A stretch of DNA of 51,674 nucleotides, taken from assembly GCA_002269645.1 (NCBI GenBank), contig NIVC01000817.1:1-51674 (forward strand), read 5' to 3'. Origin of the DNA: Macrostomum lignano. Its lineage: Eukaryota. A program made the position numbers and the translations under genes. Under the pieces are notes generated by a model that searched no databases, had not been told where the DNA came from, and saw only the letters and a program-made list of their open reading frames with translations. Numbering within the stretch: position 1 is the stretch's first letter; every line of letters begins with the position of its first letter. Shown here piece after piece: positions 43,321-51,674 of the stretch.

Positions 43321-44824
43321 GTGCAATTTACATTCACTGTCCGTGCATTGTATACATTCTCAGCCAGCGAGTGCTTGATCCAATTGCACACTGAATGCAC
43401 AACCCGTGTTTATCAGCAAGTCTGCACCCGATAACATATACTTATTCTAGTCATGTTTTTCTGTGCACGCGTAGAAAACTACTTGAAAGTAGTATGTGAT
43501 GATGATGACAAGTAGTATTCATTCAGGCTCTGTCTATGCGACAGAAATCGCATGGATTTCTAAGCTGTTGTAATTTACATAATTTTTGTTGTGCCTACTG
43601 TATTGGAAATTACTGTACTAATAGTAGTAAGCTCGTACGTGTTGCTATTTGGCGTTTCTGTGCTCATTATTCGAATTTGAAAACTCTCACGCGAAGCAGT
43701 TACTGTATTCAATAAGCCATCAAATGTTAGCCGCAATTTCACGAGTTGTGGGTCTCACCTAGTGAGCAATAAAGTGCGTATAATCTGCGTGCCTACTAAT
43801 TAACTAATTAACTAATTAGCTTTGCTCTGAGCTGCAAAGTCCAGTTGTTGATTTTACATGTATAAGCAATATCCAACATTAAAAAAAATTATTGCCTAGT
43901 GCAATACACGTTTTGATTTTTGTGTTAGCCCAGCTGTCTGACTGTTGTGCGCCGTTGTGATTTTTCTGCTGTACTACTTACGAGTAGCTTCGTGTTCGCT
44001 ACCTCAATCGAAAATTGTTATTCTTTCTGTAAATATTTCCACTGCTACCGAACCGATTTTTTAAGCAGAACTGTTTTCTATGGAAATTAATTTACCAATA
44101 TATAAAAGGCCCCAGGGCCTTCATCAATGTCATTTTTACCTCTTTCCGTAGACATTAATGAGCCGGGAATCGACTGCATAAATGGGTAACTGAGATTTGC
44201 TTTTAATCTACTATTAGTAGTTTCAGTTCTAGAAATGTCAGTAGATAGGATAGTTAAAGCATTTGTGGGATTTCTACAAGTAAAGCGGAGTTTGGCTCTC
44301 GATGATATGCTCGAAAATGTTTAAGAAATCTCCCATCTATTCTCTACTTGCGAGTAGCCTGTGGCAGATATGGAAATCTGGGTATAAGCAATAATTTCGG
44401 TTGGCAAGTCGTTTGGGTCGCAGTTTCACGTCAGGGCGAGCTGAGCGCAAGCCGCGGTCTCAGAAGAGGAGAGAGAGAGAGAGGTAACAGCAGTTAGAAA
44501 GGGAAAGAGATGAGATGAAGAGTTCTGAGAGCATCTCAGCAGCGCGGTGTTGCATTGGCCAAATAATAAAAAATGCTGCGAGTACACAAATGCCAAAATT
44601 GGCTGCCCACAAAAGCAAATTTGCGTGGAAGCAGACTGGGCTGGCCCTGCCGCGAGCTCAAGAGGCAGAGAGAAAAGAGAATAAGAGAAAGGCGAGCCTT
44701 GCGGTTTGCCTGACCGAGCCGGTTCTGAGTTCGTATTTTTCATTTGTGTCGAATCTCGAATTCGAATTATTCGATCTGCTCGTCATTTTTCGAAAGTCGC
44801 CAAACTGCTTGCTGGGCAACCAGT

Positions 44825-47001
44825 ATGGGGTCTGATAATGAGGAATCAGTAAGTTAATCTTAACTGTGTGCTCACCTGGCTGTAGGTTAATCCTCACCTG
44901 GCTGTGGGTTAATCCTCACCTGGCTGTGGGTTCATCATGTACTCACGGGTTAATCCTCATCTGGCTGTGGGTTCATCATGTACTCACGGGTTAATCCTCA
45001 TCTGGCTGTGGGTTCATCATGTACTCACGGGTTAATCCTCATCTGGCTGTGGATTCATCATGTACTCACGGGTTAATCCTCATCTGGCTGTGGGTTCATC
45101 ATGTACTCACGGGTTAATCCTCATCTGGCTGTGGGTTATTAAATTCCGCCCCAACCAACAATAACAGGCGGGTCCAGAGGGAATGCTGGAGCAATTCCGC
45201 AAGATGGACATCGTCAACTACATCGGAGTTGAAGACTTCGCAGACGAGCTGAGCTACAAGTGGACCAGCTGCCTGCTCACGGTGCTCTGCAGCCTGGTGA
45301 CCATGAAGACCTACTTCCTGGAGCCCGTGGCCTGCTTCGTGCCCACCCCGATCGGCTTCACGGTGGAGAACCAGCTGGAGTACGTGAACAGCTACTGCTG
45401 GACGGAGGGCACCTACGCCGTGCACCCAGTGAACTTCTCGTTGTACGCCGACTTGCACGACGGTGGAGTGTCGGCCTACGCGGGCGATAAGATCGTCTAC
45501 TACCAGTGGGTGCCCATCGTGCTGGCGGTGCAGGCCGTGCTGTTCTACCTGCCCAGGCTGCTCTGGAACGTCATCAGCTACGATAGGGCCGGCACGGACG
45601 TTGGTCACGTGGTCCGCGTTGTCAGGGACGCTGCCAGGGAGACTGGGGAACGGCACGAGAAGATGGTGAACCACGCTAGCCGGATGTTGCATCAGATGAT
45701 GCGCAAGAACTGCGCAAAGTGCGTGACTTTTGTGACTTAGAAACTCTGCAGTTGTGACAAAGGGTCACAACAGTCCAGTGGAATCGGGACAAAGGGTCAC
45801 AACAGTCCAGTGGAATTGGGACAAAGGGTCACAACAGTCCAGTGGAATTGGGACAAAGGGTCACAACAGTCCAGTGGAATCGGGACAAAGGGTCACAACA
45901 GTCCAGTGGAATCGGGACAAAGGGTCACAACAGTCCAGTGGAATCGGGACAAAGGGTCACAACAGTCCAGTGGAATCGGGACACCGGGTTACAACAGCTA
46001 TTGAAGTTGTGACAGAGGGTTTATCCATGTAATTATCAGACGGAGCAATCTCCGCGACCCGCAGGTCTCTCCGAGGTCCGGACACGATGCGGAACGCCTT
46101 TGCGAAGGCCTGGCGCGCGCTCTCTGTTGCCATGCCCGCCAAAGCGTCGGGCAGCTGGCTCATCCTCAGCTACCTGCTCATCAAGATTGTCTACCTGACC
46201 AACGTGCTCAGCCAGCTGGGCCTGATGCGCAAATTCCTCGGCATTGAGTCGAAGCGCTACGACTTCCTTGGCGCCCAGCTGCTGTGGGACATTTCTCACG
46301 GCCGGGACTGGCAGGTGAGCAAAATCTTCCCGAGGATCGGCTGCTGCGCAGTGCTGGTGAAATCCGCTGTCGGTGCCAACTGGCAGTTCGCGCAGTGCAT
46401 CCTGCCGGTGAACATGATCAACGAGAAGATCTACATCTTCCTCTGGTTCTGGTTCGTGTTCGTCTCGGTTGCGACAGTCATCAGCCTGGCGACCTGGCTG
46501 TTCAGAGTCTGCCACACCAGCTGCGGCAACCACTTCGTCAACCGGATGCTCAAGCTGTCCGATAACTACCAGGAGACCAAGAAGAACGAGTACGTGCAGG
46601 CCTTCTGCCGCACCTTTCTGCGACAGGACGGCACCTTTGTGCTGAAAATGATCGCCTTGAACTGCGGCGACATCGTCTGCTCGGAGATCGTGCACCGGCT
46701 GTGGACTCTGTACCGCGACTCCAAAGGCCTGGACCATTCGCAGCAGGACCTGAGCGGCGTGCTCAAGCTGCACAGCTGCGAGCCCAGAGACCAAGGCGTC
46801 GAGTGGAGCCTTCGGTGCAGGCGCGCCACCATCGCCGACCCGTCTTCGGCTTCGTCATCCTCCGCCGACGAGTCCGCCGGAGAGCGCGGCGGCTGCGACG
46901 TGTTCAAGAAAGCCACCGCGCCGCCGCCTCTGCCGCGGGTCGTGGAAGAAGCCCCAAACAAAGACTCGCTGGCTACGGTTGTTGACGAGACCGAAGGCTG
47001 A
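44825..47001 (+). CDS. Innexin B, ~490-503 aa
   Basis: Main exons 45168/45183-45718 and 46065-47001 (phase 2). A probable 24-nt first coding exon 44825-44848 (MGSDNEES|gtaagt) splices in frame to AG 45167. Motifs: EDFADEL; PVAC; YVNSYCWTEG; YYQWVPIVL; FPRIGCC; QCILPVNMINEKIYIFLWFW; FLRQDG. Confidence 0.93.
44865..45137. repeat. 41-bp minisatellite in the first intron of innexin B
   Basis: Unit GGGTTAATCCTCATCTGGCTGTGGGTTCATCATGTACTCAC. Confidence 0.93.
45755..45985. repeat. 32-bp minisatellite, ~7 units, in an innexin B intron
   Basis: Unit GACAAAGGGTCACAACAGTCCAGTGGAATCGG. Confidence 0.95.
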
Positions 47002-47039
47002 GTAGGTGACTGAGAAACTCGGTCGCAAAACTTCGTGTA

Positions 47040-47045
47040 AATAAA
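47040..47045 (+). terminator. Candidate polyadenylation signal of innexin B
   Basis: AATAAA(TAAA) ~40 nt after the stop codon. Confidence 0.5.
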
Positions 47046-47804
47046 TAAATGCACTTTTATGAGTGCTCATGGCAACTTCTTTAAAACGGTGCGCTATCTT
47101 TAGGAGAATCGAAGACTAGGTTTAAGGCATATTAACATTCTCGAAAGGACTTAAGGATCAGCAACTCCACGGCATTGTCAATGTAGGGAGTACAGTCAGT
47201 GCATGCCGACAATGAAGAAGTGCCCGCGGGTTCGATGTGCAGCTTCACATTATTAATATTTTTATTGTTTATTCCAAAGCCATACGAGCGTATATATGCC
47301 TAAATTAACAAGAGATTAACAAGAGATTAACAAGAGAACTCGCTAACCTGACAGAAATTCAGAAGCAAATCTGAAGCACTTTTGTAAAAATTAACTGCTT
47401 CAATGCTTTGTATTTAAATAATGTTTGTATGCGAATGAAATTAATGATTATATATGCACTAAAACAAATATACTAGCTCGTCAAATAACATTCTTATTAA
47501 GCGCCGAAACATACTGTACTTTCACAGAAATAATGCAATGCTTATTTGTTTGCACCTCCGATTAAGGCGCAGTGCTAAAAACTGTTAACAAGCATTCGTA
47601 ACTAGGATAAGACAGCATGCATTGAAGCAATCTCCTTTAAACATTCGAATAAGGCAGAGAAGATTTGATTAATTCTATGATAAAAGGCCAAGTGGTATTA
47701 ATGGAAGATGGCACAGCTCATGCGCAAGGGGCCATGCATTGCGGATTTTGTGATTTCATAATTATTGAAATAAGAATGCCAGGCTGAGACTTCCTGCGAC
47801 TGTA

Positions 47805-47840
47805 AATCTGTCTGTGTGTCTGTCTGTGTGTCTGTCTGTG

Positions 47841-47899
<59 letters not shown>

Positions 47900-47900
47900 G

Positions 47901-47931
<31 letters not shown>

Positions 47932-48028
47932 GTGTCTGTCTGTGTGTCTGTCTGTCTGTCTGTCTGTGTGTCTGTCTGTGTGTCTGTCTGTCTGTGTGTC
48001 TGTCTGTCTATGTGTCTGTCTGTCTGTG

Positions 48029-48091
<63 letters not shown>

Positions 48092-48100
48092 GTGTCTGTG

Positions 48101-48159
<59 letters not shown>

Positions 48160-48160
48160 G

Positions 48161-48195
<35 letters not shown>

Positions 48196-48308
48196 GTGTC
48201 TGTCTGTGTGTCTGTCTGTCTGTCTGTCTGTGTGTCTGTCTGTGTGTCTGTCTGTCTGTGTGTCTGTCTGTCTATGTGTCTGTCTGTCTGTGTGTCTGTC
48301 TGTCTGTG

Positions 48309-48351
<43 letters not shown>

Positions 48352-48352
48352 G

Positions 48353-48401
<49 letters not shown>

Positions 48402-48445
48402 GCCTGTCTGTCTGTGTGTCTGTCTGCCTGTCTGTGTGTCTGTCC
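47805..48445. repeat. (CTGT)n/(GT) compound microsatellite
   Basis: ~640 nt of TGTC units with TG interruptions, starting ~15 nt past the stop of the minus-strand NHL gene. Confidence 0.97.
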
Positions 48446-49089
48446 GTCAGTCCGCAGCCCTACAGCAGGCTGTAGGTCACAATGCATTTTCTGCCAGAGT
48501 CGGCCACAAACAGGGTGGCCCCGCCGTCCCCAGTCTCGGCCACGGCCAAGCCGGCCGGATTGGCAAAGGGCGGCCCAGCCAGCTGCGGCTGCCAGTCTCT
48601 GCCGCTGCCACCGCCGCTGCCGCCCTCGAGCAGCAGCACCCGCACGCTGGCCTTGCGGTAGTCGCTGACGAAGGCGACGCCGCGCCGACAGTCGACGGCG
48701 ATGCCTAACGGCGCCTCCATGACCGGGAGCGCAGAGCGGCGGCGACAGAAGCCGGCCGCTGGCCGGGCAGACTCGATGGACGGACTTGGCCGCCCAGTCG
48801 CAGGCAAGAAGCAGACTGTGCTGCCGCTGCTGCCGCTGGCTCGGGTCGTCTGCCGCGGTGCCACAGCTGCCGCTGCCGACAGCGTTGGTGACGGCGAGGC
48901 CGCCGTCGAAGGTGCTGCTGCCGGGGCCCAGGGACAGCTTGGCGTGCAGCGCCAGGTCCTGCAGAGGCAGGCAGAGGGGCGGGCAGAGTGCGGGATTAGC
49001 AGGACAGCTGCTGAAAAAATGCTTCTGAAAATTGCCTTCGACTTAAGTCTGCTTTTTCTGCTACCTTTCCTCTGTATCTTGTCTCACTC

Positions 49090-49325
49090 TACCTTCCCTC
49101 CCTCTCCCTCTACCCTTCCTCCCTCTCTCTACCCTTCCTCCCTCTCCCTCAACTCTCCCTCCCTCTCCCACTACCCTCCCTCCTCTACTCTACTCTCCCT
49201 CTCCCACTACCTTCCCCTCTCTCCCTCTACCTTCTCCTCCTCTCCCTCTACCCTCCCTCCCTCTCCCTCTACCCTCCCTCCCTCTCCCTCTACCCTCCAT
49301 CCCTCTCCCTCTACCCTCCCTCCGA
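49090..49325. repeat. CT-rich low-complexity repeat in an intron of the TRIM-NHL-like gene
   Basis: TCCCTCCCTCTACC-type units. Confidence 0.85.
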
Positions 49326-49639
49326 CTTAATCCAGCTTCCCTTCCCCGCATCAATGTTTTCTGTTACCGCATTGGTCGGAATATGCGCTATACTGAAATA
49401 CAGTACAAAGGGCAGTAGGGACGCCCACCTCCTTGCCCACAACCAGCACAGTCCGCTGCCGGTAGCAGTTCACAAACAGTTTGTCGGGAGTGCCGGCCGG
49501 CCCGGAGAATCGAAAGTTGGCTGCGTTTGACGCAGCCGCAGCGGCGGCAGCGGCGCCTGCAGCAGGAGGCTGCGAAATCAGACCGAGGCTGGCCGGCGTG
49601 ATTTTCTGCTGCACCGCACCTGGGAGAGGAGAGTGGCGA

Positions 49640-50090
49640 CTTGTGGCTGAGGATCTGGGAGGCTGGCCCAGCAACTGACACTCTGGGAAGCTGGCCCAGC
49701 AACTGAGGGGATCTGGGAGGCTGGCCCAGCAACTGAGGAGCTGAGAGACTGGTCCAGAAACTGACACTCTAGGAGGCTGGCCCAAAAACTGAGGATCTGG
49801 GAGGCTGGCCCAGCAACTGACACTCTGGGAAGCTGGCCCAGCAACTGAGGGGATCTGGGAGGCTGGCCCAGCAACTGAGGAGCTGAGAGACTGGTCCAGA
49901 AACTGACACTCTAGGAGGCTGGCCCAAAAACTGAGGATCTGGGAGGCTGGCCCAGCAACTGACACTGGGAGGCTGGCCCAGAAACTGGGGATCTGGGAGG
50001 CTGGCCCAGCAATTGAGGATCTGGGAGGCTGGCCCAGCAACTGACACTGGGAGGCTGGCCCAACAACTGACACTCTGGGAGGCTGGCGGT
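49640..50090. repeat. ~27-30-bp minisatellite with a ~142-bp block duplication, intronic
   Basis: Core GGAGGCTGGCCCAGCAACTGA; the block at ~49661 recurs at ~49803. Confidence 0.9.
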
Positions 50091-50781
50091 GACTTATCCT
50101 AAAGCTCATCGAAGCTCCCCAGTCGCTCACCAGCCAAGTTGGTAACGCAGACGCCTTCGGGCGTCAGGCAGATGTACAGCAGCTGCCGACCGTCGTCGCA
50201 GTGCAGGCCGGAGACGCCCAGCTGAAAGTCAACGCCGCCGCCGGAGTGCAGCCGCAGCCGCAGGCGGCCGTCAAGCGACACGGCTGCCATGTAGTCGAGG
50301 CGCTCGTCGGCGTCAAACGACACGAAGAGCATCTGCCGTGGAAGCGGCGTCGCGCCGCCTTTCATCAGCCGCTGCCTGTCGGGGGAGGCGCCGAACCCGG
50401 CGGTGTTGCAGCAGACGGCCAGCCAGACTGGCGCGGCCTCGAAGCCCTCCAGGCAGCCCGCGAACTCCGCATAGCAACTGGGATCCCGAGCCGCCCGCTC
50501 CCGGCTGCCCTCCAGCAGGCCGGTCAGGTGAGTGAGCTCAGAGTCCACCGGCACCAGCAGGTTCCTCAGCGAGCCGCTGGCGTCGACATCGACCGCGGGG
50601 GCGGCGGCGGCGGAGCTTTCGGCGACATCCGCACCGGCTTCAGCGTCCGGGTTCGGCAGCAGCGGATCAACAGAATTCGCAAGTTCGAACACCTTGGTGA
50701 GGTCTCGGCGGCGTCGGCGGCTGCCAAGTCGCGTTGAAATGCGCGGCACTCGCTGGCGATCTGGATGGGGCACGGTGGGGC

Positions 50782-50842
<61 letters not shown>

Positions 50843-50892
50843 GTGTCTGTCTGTCTGCCTGCCTGCCTGTTTGTCTGTCTGCCTGTCTGTCT
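50782..50892. repeat. (CTGT)n microsatellite, intronic
   Basis: Tetranucleotide run ~20 nt from the splice acceptor at 50761-50763. Confidence 0.95.
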
Positions 50893-51674
50893 GCGGGGGG
50901 GGCTGATGGCTGGGTCGGGCAGCTGGCACAGCTTCTCTCTCTTCTTCTCACGATGTGATTGGCTGCCGGGGTTGTGGTTGCTTGGAGGGCTTGCAGCCTC
51001 CCCTACGCGAGCGCCGACTATTCGGGTAGTCTCTCTCTTGTCTCTCGCTCTTTGTTTGGCTTTGCGTGCTGTGATTGGTTGACTCTCGCCGGCTCGACGT
51101 AAGGACGGTCGCCAATTGCAAAGGCACAATTTATCCCCGTCCAATAATGAGAAATACAGCACCAAAAATCCTCCGGACCTACGAGTGAAGTTTACGTATC
51201 TGCAAGCGAGCAATGGCCCGTGTTACTTGTCCTGTACCGTGTGCACCCTACCGTATTCCCAGGGTTCGGGATACAACAGACTGTCAGTCAGCCAAACGCT
51301 AACCTGCAGCGACTCCACCAGCGCATCATGCTGCGCCTTCACGGGAGCCGTCAGCCGTTCCTGCCAGCTGTCCAGGGCGCTGTGCAGCTCGTCAAAGACG
51401 TCGGTGAGCTGCTGCAGCTCCGTGGCCAGCCGCAGCTGCTTGGGACGAACGGCTTCAGCGGAAGCGATGGCTGCCACGGCCCGCTCCAGCACCGAGGCCC
51501 TCAGCTGGCGCACTTTAGCGATGTCCGGGGCGAGATGCCGCTGGCAGAGTAGCAGCTTGTTGTACGGGCCACGGCCGACTGATGCAGCGTGGCACAGCTT
51601 CACTGAGCACTGGACGGGCGTGGCGGGTTGCTCAGCATCGGCGGACTCATTGTTGTCCGAGTCGCTGCTGTCAG

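Larger units (their letters stand above)
48460..51674 (-). pseudogene. TRIM-NHL-like gene (degenerate B-box, coiled coil, NHL/beta-propeller), 5' end outside the window; two apparent frameshifts
   Basis: Exons (minus): >51674-51304, 50760-50131, 49619-49429, 48958-48460 (TAG). CSVKLCH...LLLCQRH, then a helical LRLATELQQLTDVFDELHSAL segment, then propeller motifs LLLACDWAAKSVHRV, PLGIAVD...AFVSDY...VRV, NPAGLAV...LFVADSG. The frame switches at ~50705 and ~48725. It could be an intact gene with assembly indels. Confidence 0.6.

Noticed and set aside
41627-43434. 554-aa minus-strand ORF and (MSSVESHDYR)n plus-strand ORF
   Set aside because: They are a 30-bp array plus the antisense shadow of GC3-rich innexin exon 3.
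47814-48708. (CLSV)n and (TDRQ)n ORFs
   Set aside because: They are translations of the (CTGT)n microsatellite.

Overview
This is eukaryotic (animal) genomic DNA. GC3-rich exons, minisatellite-filled introns and flatworm-type innexins suggest a free-living flatworm such as Macrostomum; that is inference only. I reconstructed nine protein-coding loci by hand from GT-AG sites and reading phase: (1) a 9-exon secreted WSC-WSC-(x)-C-type lectin-(x)-galactose-binding-like protein (minus, 301-4951); (2) an intronless NHL/beta-propeller gene with a 1-nt frameshift (minus, 10047-10969); (3) CHTOP/FOP-like, (4) UTP14 and (5) PSMD7/Rpn8, co-oriented on the plus strand as a candidate operon; (6) a PET + 6-LIM Limpet/FHL2-like gene (minus, 27481-36071); (7, 8) two tandem innexins (plus); and (9) a 5'-truncated B-box/coiled-coil/NHL (TRIM-NHL-like) gene with two apparent frameshifts (minus, 48460 to the window end). 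Roughly 21 kb (about 40%) is tandem repeat, in about 29 mostly distinct arrays, and 18 of 20 introns of 250 nt or more carry one. No rRNA, tRNA, CRISPR array or intact transposon is supported. I cannot claim a proven new system. The best leads are the all-phase-1 modular lectin, the candidate trans-spliced operon whose spacer is an amplified splice-acceptor array, frameshifts confined to the NHL genes, and N-glycosylation sequons in the innexin loops.
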